Of a DNA stretch of 64,000 nucleotides, positions 44,618 through 56,800 are shown one piece after another. Numbering within the stretch: the first letter of the stretch is position 1; each line of letters begins with the position of its first letter. The DNA lies in the IMG/VR virus record IMGVR_UViG_3300011888_000003; one strand, 5' to 3'. The DNA comes from an uncultured virus (IMG/VR IMGVR_UViG_3300011888_000003) (Duplodnaviria > Heunggongvirae > Uroviricota > Caudoviricetes). A model generated the notes under the pieces. The model saw nothing but the letters and a program-made list of their open reading frames with translations. It was not told the origin of the DNA and ran no database searches. The position numbers were made by a program, and so were the translations under genes.

Positions 44618-47600
44618 ATGGCGGATATGCGAGATTTCCAAAGAGAACAACAAAAACAAGAACAAAGCAGTCACCTGAGTGGGCTTATCAAGGTATCCGC
44701 CGTCGGTGCTATCGGGTATGGAGCCGTAAAATATCGCCATACGATAGCGGCGCCTCTTGTTCGACGTGCGATGGAGAGTAAAACACTTGGAAGAACAGGA
44801 AACATCTTGTCAGATGCTTTCGGGCGTGGTGAGACATTCATCAATGCGCTGGGAACAAAACCAGGGTTCAACTCTTTTGTTCGAAATGCGATGGACCCAT
44901 CAGACTTCGAACGACGCACACGGATTGCATACCGTGCCCAACAAGCGGCGCGTAATCAAGAAGGACAACTAAAGAACGCTCCACGTTTAGCACGTCGTAC
45001 AATGGAGCACATCAGCTCAGAGAAAAGCTTGCACCATGAAGCCATTAAGATGGCACGTGTCCAGTACGGAAAGCAAGCCGTCAAAGAGAACAAAGCACTT
45101 GAACCGTATCTCGGACAAGGTCTTGAACGGATGCTTATTGATGATGGCATGTTCAGCCGGAGAACGACACAACAAGGTGTCGTTCGATTCCTCGATAAAT
45201 ATTCAGGAGAGAAAGCGAAGAAGACAAGCAACTTCCACCTCGATTTCTCTGGTCAACCTGAAGGAGCGAAAGAAAGCTTCGTCGATGAATTGTTCAACAC
45301 GCTTCATCAAACGACATCCCGTATCGGGCGGAAGTATGATAAAGAGACGGGTGGATTAATACTTAACAAGGCGATGTCTGACGAAGAGAAAAAGTTCGTC
45401 AGAGACCGTATTGAAGTATTAGGAAAGCTAGAGTTCAATGCATTGATGAAGTCAACGACGACAGAAGCCAATGCGAGTTTCATGAACAACTCGATGGCAT
45501 TGCAAGGCTTTGATGTCTTACGCGGAAAAGACTTTGCCAATGGTGCGAACAAAGAACTCTACAATCAATTGATGCCGATTGACCGTTCGAACGGGAAACG
45601 TAAACGTCTCGACTTCTTGCAAGAAATCCGAAGAAATGCGGAACGTTACGGTGAAAGTCCTGACATCGTCAATGAAATGGTCATCGACGGGTCATGGTAC
45701 ATCAATCGGAAGACGAACAAAATCATCGATGGTTCGAACGTTGAAAGACGGGCAGACAAAGGTGTCGAATTCTTACGCAACAACTTCCAAGTGCCCTTCT
45801 TGAACTTCAACCCAATTGACTTGATTCAGTACAGTTCCATCAAGGCAAGTAAGGATGCGCCACTATTCCGAGTCTTCAAAGAAGGACAGACGATGGCGTT
45901 TGCGAACAAGCAAATCTTTGACATGGAATCAAAGACCTTTAGCAATGCTTATGAGACAGCCGACAGCAATATGCTCAAACGTAATAGCAATGCGGCGGTC
46001 ACTCCACTTGCAAAAGACTATGCTTATTCAGGGAATGCCTCATATGACATCGATACACTCGTCGACAATTTAAACAAAGTAAAAGGCGACATCACAAAGC
46101 TTGATGTTAATACAGGAAAAATCGAAGACAACTTGATTCTAGTATCGAATGAGTTCGGTGTGCCAAAACGATTCACAGAATCGATGGCAGGGGTGACACA
46201 ACATGATGGCGAAATTGGATTGCTTCGTGCCATATGGGGTGGACGACAAGAGAATGAATCGATTGGTGGACGTATCAAACGTGGTCTAACGAAAGGGAAT
46301 AATCCCGATTACGGTCCAAACCTACTTGATGCCTTAAAAGGAAAGCAAAGCGTTCTCGAAGTAGAAGAAACCTATAATCGGATGACAAGCCTATTGTCTC
46401 GTGGAACACGAGGCATGAGTCATGATGCACATTACTTCTGGGGCGAAGAACTGAATAAGTCGATGAATAAAGCCTACGGAATAGACATCGACTTTGCACG
46501 GATGGGTGCATCAGAAGAATATACGATTGATGTGGCGCAACAATTATCAAATGTCATTGCTGGTCGTAAGAAGATGCCAGAAGAAGACATGGCACTAATT
46601 GGTGGGGCTCAACGGAAAGTACTCGATATCTTTGAGAACTATAACAAAGAACAAGCATTGTTCATGCGTCAACAAACGACGGCACCTGACAAGTCGCTTA
46701 TCTCAAGTGAGTTCATCAATATCGCATCCGTTGGATATGACCGTTTGATTCCACAAACGGAAGACTTGCGCAAGTCCATTGAACAATTGAGTCTCGCAAG
46801 CTATCGAAGAGCAACTGGTAAGACGATAGAAGAGACGATGAATGAAGGACTTAAGAACGGAATGGTGCGGGCGCCAGAAATTCAAGAGACGTTAGACCTC
46901 CAGAACTTGACACGTCTTGAATCATTTGGCTCAAGAATCAAGAATGAAGACATCGATGTCTCGACAGAAGGACTAAAGGAATTCAAGTCAACCTTCAATC
47001 AAGGGACAGCCTATGAATCCATGATGGGAAGCATGAAACGAAAAGACCCTGCCTTCGGTCCAGGTCCAGGGGATGAAATCGTCGAGCACTATGGTAAGGA
47101 TGTCCACTTCCAGATGATTAAGCGTCACCGTGGCATGCTAGAGACCATCAACCAAGGGATAGAAGACTTTGCTGGTGAGAACGGGTCGTATGCAGAAAAA
47201 GCATATGGTGTCGCTCATGGTGTAGGGGATTACTTTGGACATCTATTTGCTTCGAACAAAAAGATGGAGAACGTCACAGCAGGGACGATGGTCCCGTGGT
47301 TCTTCGCTTCTCGTCTCGATGATGCGATGGCTCAACTGGGTCTTGGTCTAGGAAACAATCTCCGTGGTTCTGCGATGAGTATCATCATGAACCAATGGGC
47401 ACGACGTATCGTACTCCCATATGTCGCCTATCAACAAGCGATGTATTTCGATGGATTGACGGGAGATACAATCAGCGACACAGCGGCTGACGGATACGTG
47501 AACATGCAGATGGACACGGCGAAGGTCAAAGAAAAGCTTGGTATCAATGACATTGGTCGTTCATGGAGTCGAGTGTTTGCTGGAACAGACCAGATGGCAG

Positions 47601-50600
47601 AATGGATTCCATCCAAACTATTGAATGTCGCAACCGGTGGAGCACTCACGGACTTCCGTAGTCCTGAAGAATTACAAGAGTACTATGAATCGGGCGAAGA
47701 TGCGATTCGCAAAGGGCGCTACTGGAGTATCGGCTCGACGACTCCTTGGTTCGGTGGCAAGATAGAACGCTGGCAACCCAACTGGTATCGCCGCATGAAA
47801 TCCGATTACAAGTTCAGTGAGAATGGACTTGGTTCAGAATCGGAATACTTTGCTAACAGTTGGATGCCGACGCTGACCCACCCACTTGCACCACTGCGTC
47901 ACTTCATTTTTGACCGTTATCACTATGAAAACAAGTTGAAAGACGAACGTCCATTCGCTGTTACAGGTGGATTCGCCGAGCTCGACAACATTCCGTTGTT
48001 CGGACCATTGATTGATGACACGGTCGGTCGTCTCATCAAACCACGTCTCGTTGACCCAAGGCTAGAGAAGTCACACCGTGAATACTTAGAAGCATACAAT
48101 GAGCGTCTTGCTTCGGCTTATATGGGTGCTAATAGTGGGGCGATATTGGAAGGTATGCCTTCAGGTGGCATCAATCGAATCGATGATGCGGTCAACGTCG
48201 ACCTCGGAGAAGCAGGTGGCATCGAAAGCCCGATGTATGAAGGAGATATCTATAGCTCTGGAGCGCTCTCAGAAGGCGTCGTAGGCGCTTCTGGCTCTGG
48301 TGGGGGCGTAGGTACTGGTAGTGGTGCAGGAGGCTCAGGAGGACGTACTACGGTCAATGACGTGTCTCGAAACGATTTAGCAAGCTTGAATGCATCGATA
48401 TCGGCGACAACGTCTCCGACAAGTCGAGGTATTAGTAGTGTGGATGGTATGCGTGACCCGAACGTCCTCTATGATTTAGACAATGCCATCTTCAAGGATA
48501 GCTTGACGAACCTACAATATGGTTCGTACCGAGACGTCTTCTACAATGCATCGGAGATTGCCGGTATCTTTGGTTTCGCGACGAAAGCAACGAGTGGGTT
48601 CGAAGAGGGTGGACGAGGTGCGACGTTACAAGATTCGAGTCTTATGGGGTCTTATAACAAAGCATTCTGGGACATGGAACTTGGTGGACTCGGTGGAGAT
48701 ATCTCCGAGATTGCCCGTCGTTACCTTGCTCGTGACCCGAACAAGAACTATTACAACCCGATTCGGAACAATATGCCTGAATTCATGCCTGGGGCAGAGT
48801 ACTTTACGGACTTCAAGCATGGGGACCCGTACTCGAAAATCAGTGCTGGTTTGATGCGACTTCCTGGTGAGGCATATGAAAAGTTGTATTCGGTCAAGAA
48901 GGATGAATACGGGAACTACTCGGCGCTCGACCGCTTACGGATTCTGGGTGACGTCGCGCCGTACTCTGACCAGTACCGAATGGCAAAAAAACAAGTGTCT
49001 CTTTTAAACAGTAATGGACTGTTGTCTGAAGAAGACAATGAAGAATATAAAACGATTCGAGAACAGGTCAAACAAAAGAAAGAAAAGAAACATTTCTATG
49101 ACCGGAAGTTCAACAAGGCTGACCTTGATAAAGAGACAGTCACGGTCACGAAAGTACTCGATGCGAACACGTTCGTTACAAAAGAGTACGGTGAAGACAA
49201 TCCAATTAAGCTCGCTGGTGTCCAAGTCAAAAACAGTGACCAAGAAACGGTCGACTTCATTCGTCAGTTTATCTATGAAGGGGCACGGGTCAAGGTCGGA
49301 CTTGATGCCGACCCGCTCTTCCGTGAACGCGACGACTTGATGAATACGATGCGTGCCGTCGTCTACACGAATCACAATGAAGAAGGCAATCCATTCTACT
49401 TAACGAACAAGGGCGCCAACTTGAACTTCATGCTCGCGAACCGTCCTGAGACGAAAGATAAGGTCACGATACGTGATGACGGGACAGCGGTCGCAACAGC
49501 GGCACTCTATACGAAAGAACAAATCACAGTAGGTCGAATGTACGATACCGTTGTCCGTGATATCTTACCGCAACTTCCGATTGCTGGAGTATTCGCGGAT
49601 AAGTTCTTACAAGTTCGTTCTCCTGTCGAATCATATCGCCGAGAACTCTACGGAAAGTCATGGCGTGACTGGGCAAGCCCATGGTCTGGCTGGATTGAGC
49701 CGATGGTTGACACCATTGCTTCTCGTAACCCGATTATCGCCGCCGCCGAAGGATATGGTATCGGATATATGTTCGGTCGAAATCGTTCCGGTGGGATGAT
49801 TGGTCTTGGTCTTGGTGCAGTGACTGGTCTTCTTGCGACGGCTCGCACCGTCAAAGAGATTGGAAGCGATATCGTTGGTAGTGATACAGCATCAGTACCT
49901 GGTCGCCGTCAAAAAGAACGAGAGATGGATGAATACTTCGATAAGCTCAAATACGTCAAGTTCAAAGGACTCTATGAGAGAGCGGCTGACATGGCCCTTG
50001 AACAAGAAGGATTCGATGTACGGGGTTATATCGAAGAACAAGATGAACGAGGTAAATCAAATAAGGGATTAAAGAAATATATCCAAGAACAGAAAAAGAG
50101 GTTGTCGATTCAGAAGAAAAGTGGTTATGGTGACATAGAAGTCCTTCGAGCAGAGCTTCGAGGGCATAATGAAACCTTAAAAGAAATCAATGATACCCGA
50201 CCTCAACAAAAAGTCGGACCGCTTGCGGCGCTTGCTCTTCGTTATAAACAAGAATATGAAGCGACGATTTACGCGGCAGATGAGAACATCAATTTCCAAA
50301 ACATCTATCGTGCACTTCCGGCAAAAGACCGTGAGTATTTCACGAAGTTTTTAGAAGCAGGACCAGAAGAACGAGAAGAGATTCTACGACTCGTTCCACA
50401 GTATCAACGTGCCATCTATCAAAAGTCATGGGGACTTGAACCAGACAAAAAAGAAACGCTCGTCCAGTACTTCAAGAAACATCCTCTTCCAAAAAGCAAC
50501 TGGGAAGGATGGCAAGCAAGTAAAAGTCTTGATAGCGTCCGTGTCAAAGTCATGCAGAACGAAGGCATGGAGCTGACGGAAGCGAACTATTGGGATGATG

Positions 50601-50836
50601 ACGAGGCACGTGCGATGCAATCAAATGCGAAAGCCATCCCAATCAATGGTGGGGGCTCGCTCGATATCGACCGGCTCCAGAAAGTACTCAAAGGAGCAGG
50701 ACTAAAGGACGTCCAAGTCTCCATGAGTACGATTCAAGGAGATGGCGGCATCAAAGCTCAAATGGATATCCAACTAGATAGAACGAAAGAAGTATTAGAG
50801 GGTATGACGAGCAATTGGCAAAACTTATTCAGTTAA
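44618..50836 (+). CDS. giant virion protein (2072 aa), tape-measure/ejection-type, with an SNase-like OB segment
   Basis: Follows the chaperones; hydrophobic Gly-rich segments; VTKVLDANTF...IKLAGVQ near 49145-49225. Confidence 0.6.
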   Translation: MADMRDFQREQQKQEQSSHLSGLIKVSAVGAIGYGAVKYRHTIAAPLVRRAMESKTLGRTGNILSDAFGRGETFINALGTKPGFNSFVRNAMDPSDFERRTRIAYRAQQAARNQEGQLKNAPRLARRTMEHISSEKSLHHEAIKMARVQYGKQAVKENKALEPYLGQGLERMLIDDGMFSRRTTQQGVVRFLDKYSGEKAKKTSNFHLDFSGQPEGAKESFVDELFNTLHQTTSRIGRKYDKETGGLILNKAMSDEEKKFVRDRIEVLGKLEFNALMKSTTTEANASFMNNSMALQGFDVLRGKDFANGANKELYNQLMPIDRSNGKRKRLDFLQEIRRNAERYGESPDIVNEMVIDGSWYINRKTNKIIDGSNVERRADKGVEFLRNNFQVPFLNFNPIDLIQYSSIKASKDAPLFRVFKEGQTMAFANKQIFDMESKTFSNAYETADSNMLKRNSNAAVTPLAKDYAYSGNASYDIDTLVDNLNKVKGDITKLDVNTGKIEDNLILVSNEFGVPKRFTESMAGVTQHDGEIGLLRAIWGGRQENESIGGRIKRGLTKGNNPDYGPNLLDALKGKQSVLEVEETYNRMTSLLSRGTRGMSHDAHYFWGEELNKSMNKAYGIDIDFARMGASEEYTIDVAQQLSNVIAGRKKMPEEDMALIGGAQRKVLDIFENYNKEQALFMRQQTTAPDKSLISSEFINIASVGYDRLIPQTEDLRKSIEQLSLASYRRATGKTIEETMNEGLKNGMVRAPEIQETLDLQNLTRLESFGSRIKNEDIDVSTEGLKEFKSTFNQGTAYESMMGSMKRKDPAFGPGPGDEIVEHYGKDVHFQMIKRHRGMLETINQGIEDFAGENGSYAEKAYGVAHGVGDYFGHLFASNKKMENVTAGTMVPWFFASRLDDAMAQLGLGLGNNLRGSAMSIIMNQWARRIVLPYVAYQQAMYFDGLTGDTISDTAADGYVNMQMDTAKVKEKLGINDIGRSWSRVFAGTDQMAEWIPSKLLNVATGGALTDFRSPEELQEYYESGEDAIRKGRYWSIGSTTPWFGGKIERWQPNWYRRMKSDYKFSENGLGSESEYFANSWMPTLTHPLAPLRHFIFDRYHYENKLKDERPFAVTGGFAELDNIPLFGPLIDDTVGRLIKPRLVDPRLEKSHREYLEAYNERLASAYMGANSGAILEGMPSGGINRIDDAVNVDLGEAGGIESPMYEGDIYSSGALSEGVVGASGSGGGVGTGSGAGGSGGRTTVNDVSRNDLASLNASISATTSPTSRGISSVDGMRDPNVLYDLDNAIFKDSLTNLQYGSYRDVFYNASEIAGIFGFATKATSGFEEGGRGATLQDSSLMGSYNKAFWDMELGGLGGDISEIARRYLARDPNKNYYNPIRNNMPEFMPGAEYFTDFKHGDPYSKISAGLMRLPGEAYEKLYSVKKDEYGNYSALDRLRILGDVAPYSDQYRMAKKQVSLLNSNGLLSEEDNEEYKTIREQVKQKKEKKHFYDRKFNKADLDKETVTVTKVLDANTFVTKEYGEDNPIKLAGVQVKNSDQETVDFIRQFIYEGARVKVGLDADPLFRERDDLMNTMRAVVYTNHNEEGNPFYLTNKGANLNFMLANRPETKDKVTIRDDGTAVATAALYTKEQITVGRMYDTVVRDILPQLPIAGVFADKFLQVRSPVESYRRELYGKSWRDWASPWSGWIEPMVDTIASRNPIIAAAEGYGIGYMFGRNRSGGMIGLGLGAVTGLLATARTVKEIGSDIVGSDTASVPGRRQKEREMDEYFDKLKYVKFKGLYERAADMALEQEGFDVRGYIEEQDERGKSNKGLKKYIQEQKKRLSIQKKSGYGDIEVLRAELRGHNETLKEINDTRPQQKVGPLAALALRYKQEYEATIYAADENINFQNIYRALPAKDREYFTKFLEAGPEEREEILRLVPQYQRAIYQKSWGLEPDKKETLVQYFKKHPLPKSNWEGWQASKSLDSVRVKVMQNEGMELTEANYWDDDEARAMQSNAKAIPINGGGSLDIDRLQKVLKGAGLKDVQVSMSTIQGDGGIKAQMDIQLDRTKEVLEGMTSNWQNLFS

Positions 50837-50838
50837 GC

Positions 50839-50868
50839 AGGGAGGGGGGGTTTCCTCCTCCTCTTTTT
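50839..50868 (+). terminator. intrinsic terminator
   Basis: G-rich/C-rich stem followed by TTTTT. Confidence 0.5.
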
Positions 50869-50890
50869 ATTCAAATTGGAGGAATTCATT

Positions 50891-53800
50891 ATGGCGAAAC
50901 GACAAGACTTAGAACGCATCAATCTCGATGCCTCAAGAAGTCATCAGCTGTTTGGTATCGGAAAGAACTCAAACCACTTCGGTGCAGATGAAGAATACAT
51001 TACACAAACAGATAAAATCCTTGAGCTTATCAATGCAGATGAATCGACACCTGCTGAGAGAAAGGCATGGGCTTCGATGGGTGCGTTCCAAGGTGACCGT
51101 TTCTCAAGCGGTCAAGGTACGTATGAAGCCTTGATGGGTATCAACAATGCATCAAAGATTGCCGTCTGGGACATGGAGACCATCGGGACACCGGATTTCA
51201 TGCGAGAAAATGACCTGGCACGAGGCAAGAAGAACGTGGCAGACTTTTTCAGCGTGACGGAGATTGCGATGAAGACAGTAAACGGTAAAGGAAAGACGAC
51301 GAAAGCAAGCCAAGAACTTTCGATGCTCATCCGTCCTTCGAAATCTGCTCTTGAAAAACTAGAAGAAACGGTCGCACAACTCGATAGAGTCGGTTGGATT
51401 GGATTATCGGAAGACATGCGCCGAACACTTTCTGATATTACACAATATGGGAAAGGAGCACAGATTCGAAAAGAAGGCGATATCACCTATCTTGATGGAC
51501 ATGGTACGAAGTTCAAGGAAGTTGCTCTAGGAAGCAAGAATGGACGAGCACAGATTGAGCATGCGATGAATACTCTTCGACAAGCGACACCGATTGAGAA
51601 AGCGTTGATGATGATAAATGAAGTCGTTGACGAAAAGACAGTCTTAGCAGGGCATAACGTCCATGGATTTGACCAACGCGGAATGCTCGATGTCCTGAGC
51701 GCAACAAAACAACATTTCAAAGATAGCCCGACACAATACAAAGCCATCGACCGATTGCATCAAAACATGCAACGGGCACAACTGGATACACTCGAATTCT
51801 TCCGTACATATTATGAAACACCATTGCGTGACTTTGGTGGGAACATGACGCTAGGAAACTTGTATCGAAACTTATCAGGGAAGAAAAGTGAGAATGCCCA
51901 CTTTGCGTTAGCCGACATCAACATGAACATCTCGTTGCTTCAAAAAGCATTGAAGGATGGGAAGAACACACGTGCTGTTCAAGCATTGAAGCGTTTATCG
52001 AAGAACACAGTCAATGTCGGACAAGTCTATTATTCAGAGCGGGGTATCGGGGGCGACGGCAAATACGATGGGATTTACGATAAGAACGAACAAGGGAAGT
52101 TCATTCGTGCGCGTGATTTTCGTAGTGCCGCCATCAATAAGAACAATCAATATGAAGTCGTCTCTGAAATCCAGAAGATGCAAATCGATGGAACGGACAA
52201 GTATGGTATTACATTACTAAATAAAGATACAGGATATTATCACCAGATTGTACGAGACCGTTTTGATGACATTGCGAACATCTTCCAAAAGAACATGACG
52301 CTTGAAAGCAATATACCAAAAGCACAACGGGAGCAACGGAGCGCGACGACAGCAAAAGACCGTGCACGCCGTGAATACTTAAAACTATTCGACGTAGCGG
52401 AATCAAAAGGAGTCGAACGACTCAAGAAGAACTATGCTTTCCTCGATGCGTATGATTCAGCCATCGACCAGATGCGTGAAGGCGGCAGTGCGATAAGCAA
52501 TGATACACATCAACTTGCCTTGAAGAACGCATTAGGTGTTATCAACAAAGGTGTCGATGAACAGTATCAAGTTGGTGAGAACTATGGGAACAATGTCGTT
52601 AACATGCGAGGACGTCTCGATGCGGAACGTGCCATCTGGGAACAAGCGATTGACCGTATTGAAAAAGAAGATTTCCATTACACGTTCACGAAAGATGGTA
52701 AAAACGAACGTCACGTTGATAAGAAAAAACAAACGTTAGCCCTTTCCAAGATTCAAGAACAATTAGAAAGCATGGGAACTGGAGAACGAGAGCAATATGC
52801 GACACCTGGTCGTCGTGTGATGACGATGACGATTGCCGGACAAGTCCGTAATTTTGATTTAAGTGACCGTACCGCCTTCATCTCTTCGATGTCGAACGTT
52901 CTGAAGAAGAAAGGAAACTTGAATGAAGCTCGTAGCATTCTGATGGAAGTCATCACGAAAGCTGAACAAGAAGGTATGATTTCTGCCAACCAGCGAAAAG
53001 CTTATCTGAAAATGGCAGAAGCCCGATTCTTAAAGAACCAAGGTCTTCAACCGAACGAATTGACACGTATCTCAAAAGCGCTCTATGAATCAACACGAAA
53101 CGGTGTCTTGAGTCCACGTGTATTACGTGGAAAGAATGCTGTCCCAAGTGAAGTGATTCAAGGAGAACACGGGACATATCTTCGTCCGATTCAACAAATC
53201 ATGCAAAATGAATACATTGAAGGGACTCCGATTACGAAATCACCGATTGGCTCCGTCGCACATGAATTGACGACGACAGGGGTAACGGGACAACACGGGA
53301 AACTCTTTGCAGAAGATGTCATCCGTAGTGCGATTGAACAAAGCAAAGGATATACGAAATATAATATCAGCGAACAAATCTTCTTGAATGCACCAAAGAA
53401 TGTCAAAGAACGACTCAAGGAGCATGAAGCAGGAGTCAAGATGGCGCTCGAACGTTCAGGATTGGTGAACCTACCTAAGATGAACTTATCCTTACCGAAT
53501 GGCACAGGGAAAGAAAGCAATACGATTGAAAGCAAGGTCATTGCTCTTGCGAATCAATATGGTCAAAACTTTGGTGTTCGTGTCGACTTCGATAAAAAGA
53601 CGAACAAGATGTTTATGTTCTTAACCGACAAGACAAAAGCAGAGAGCATGATGGGAATGAGTTTTGATGAGGCGCGTGCTTCAAGAAGCGTCGCACATTT
53701 CGAGATTCCGATGATGCGACCTGATGGAACGATTGAGATGAGTGGACAACAATTCGTCGGTCGATTGAGCTCTCGTGTTGGAAGTGGGAATAACTTAAAA

Positions 53801-56800
53801 GTCACGAACGTCTCCGATGAGTTCTTTGAAGAGATGAAACGGCATGCGAATTACTTGAATCAAAGTGTTGAAGAAGGAATCAAGGCAGGGACACCATTGA
53901 CGGCTGGAGATATCCATGCCCGCATCAATGGGAAGATTCGTTCGATTCGTGAAGGGTTGATTACGAACCACAGTCGTTTCGAAGCAAACCCTGAAAAAGA
54001 ATACCGTCGAAAATCTCGTCTTGCGAACCATAACCGTGCGACACAAATTGATGTCACAGGAATGGCAGAACCTTGGTTCGCTGACAATCAACATAAGTTC
54101 AAAGAAGGACGCATCGAAAAGATTCAGCAACGAATGAAAGAAGAAGGCATCAGTTTCTTTGATGCGATGAACCGTGTCGAGCAAGGAACCTTCCATCGTG
54201 AGATTGACGGGTATTACAATGAACACTATCTTGCAGGAACAGGTGCGAAAATCAGTCAACACGGTCTATCGGACTCACAAGCACTCCGAGGTATTCGTTC
54301 GACAGTCGATAACCGTGACTACTTTGCTTTTGGTGGACTCAACCCGACTGCCCGTGAGAACTTGAACAAGGCGATGAACTATCGTGCACTCGCGGACACC
54401 GATGATGAAATCGGGGCATACAAGAATCGCTTGATTCAACACACAGGAGATAGTCGTGTTGCTCACCGTGCTTTGACGGGTCTATCGATGACGGAACTCG
54501 GAAAAGAAATCAAGGGCAATGAAATCAGTCACTTGAATGTGCGGACAGCACTATCAAACGAGCTCCAAGTGAGTTCGATGGTGAAGGGTGCTATTTCAAA
54601 CGTCGAAAATGATATCAAATCCCTTGAAGCAAAAGCCAACTTAACAGATGGTGAAAAAGTCAGATTGCAAAGCTTGCATACGATTCGAAAAGAATTACAA
54701 AATGCATCACAAATGTCGATTCATGATGGGATGATTATCGCCGCGAAATCATTGCAAGATTCCTTTGCGGTTAAGCAACAGACGTCCGTCGACATCGGTG
54801 TTCAGAATCGCCTTGACCCTCGCTTGAAAGCTTTGATGGAAGAAGCAGGATTCTTCACGGAACAAGGACTAGCAAAAGCAGGAGNNNNNNNNNNTAGGAA
54901 AGGAAATCACGTTCAATCAATTGGAGCAAGCAGGGCTCATTCAAAAGACACAAGGTGGATATCGTCTGACAGTCGGAGAGCTTGTAAAGATGAATAACGG
55001 AGAGCTGTTCACACAACGAACAGGAGAGTTCAAGAACTGGCACAAAGACTTTTCCATCACAGGATTTGATGCAGATAGTGGCAAAGCCATCATTGATATC
55101 AATGACAAAGCAGGGCAAGGAAACAAGTTCATTCTCATGAGTGGTGGACGTCATACGGCGCACTTCGTTTCCGATGGTGCACTTGAATACATGCTTGGTG
55201 ACTCTGAAGTCAAAGCCATCGTCCCTGAAGTCGAGATGAAGAAGAAAATGGGTGGTACGTATATTGCCGGTGTCGTCAATGCCCATGTGTCTGAAATCAC
55301 ACGACAATTGACAGGAGAAGTCGAAGCGAGTGATGCCATCAAGCAGTTGGCTCAAAAACATAAGTATACGATTGGGGATTTAAGCCAAGCAGGACTTCAT
55401 GATGCTATCCTCGAAGAAGCAATGGCGCCAGGACTCAAAAAACTTGGAGTGGCAGGAGCATATCGCTTTGATGGTGGTAGCCTCATCCTTAATAAAGAGT
55501 GGAGCAAAGGGTTCGGCGAAGGAACCGATATCTTATCAAACATTGAAGGATTCGAAAATGCCGTCACCGCTGTATCTGGTTTCCAACGTACATCGAAGAA
55601 TGGTACGTATGAAGTCATCAATGAAGGGTTCGGGAAACATGATATCTACACGTACGAATCGACAGGTGAGAAAACCCGTGTGGGCAAGAAAGAATTGAAT
55701 GTTCTTCGAAGTATCTATGGTGATAGAAAGAGTGCGATTCCTGAAAAGATTGTCGGGGGAGCAGACTTCACGCACTGGTTCGAACAAGACATGAAGGCAA
55801 GTCAACTTCATGCAGAAGAAACCGGTTCGATGATGAAAAGCTACTTTGACATGATAGAAAAAGGAGGACCAGGGAAAGGAGATGTTGTTCTTGACTTCTC
55901 TGGAGAGACGGTTGGTAACGACGTCAATAATGTATTCAAGAAGAATGGTGTGAAATATGTCGATGGTGATGTCGTCCATAATACACGAAAAGCGATTACC
56001 GCTCGTGATATGGTCATGCTCGGGGAAGACTATGCTGGAAGTATCATCAACTATAAAGGTTCAAACATTTTGATGAATGGTGAGGAACGTAGAATTCAGG
56101 ATATCGCTAAAAAAGGGACATACTTGAAGCTTCCTGAAATCTTCGGAGAAGACCGATTCGTACCGATGATTGATACGTCTCACTTGTCACGGATGGATGA
56201 ATCGGAGGCAATGCTTCTTGAAGTCCAAAAGAAACAATTGCGTCTCTACGGAGAACTTGAAAAGTTCCGTAACCTTGGAAAAGGAACAGGAACAGAAGAA
56301 GAGCTCCTCGCAATCCGTGATAAGCTCGTAGGTAAAATCGAGACCAGTGTCACAGAACTAGAGAAGACGACAGGGCAGTTCATGAGTGAAGCACGTGATG
56401 GCGGAGCACTCAAAAAATTGACATCGGCGAAAGTCAGTAACTCTGGTCAGTTCCGAGTGCAGACCATCAATCCGTTCGAGAACAACAGCATGGTCGATGG
56501 AGAATGGAAAAACACAGGACCATACAAAGAAGGCACGATGTATATGTCTCGTGAACGTGTCAAAGAATTGATTCATGGAAATGAAAAAAATGTTGCAAAA
56601 GTCATTCTTTCTGAAGCAGAAATCGAAGACCATTATACTCGGATGACAGAATATGCTTATGACAATTTTGATGATGAGATGCTCCAAAAGCATAAAAAGA
56701 ATCTTATTGGCATGGCAGAAAAACATTCAGGTGAAACTTTGATTGATAAAGCACTGGATAAGATGACCCTTGGTCAAGGGGATGAGGGGCTTTATGGGAA

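Noticed and set aside
54885..54997. Programmed frameshift or pseudogene between the 1373-aa and 1204-aa ORFs
   Set aside because: The frame change coincides with a 10-N assembly gap of unknown length, and both frames are open up to the gap
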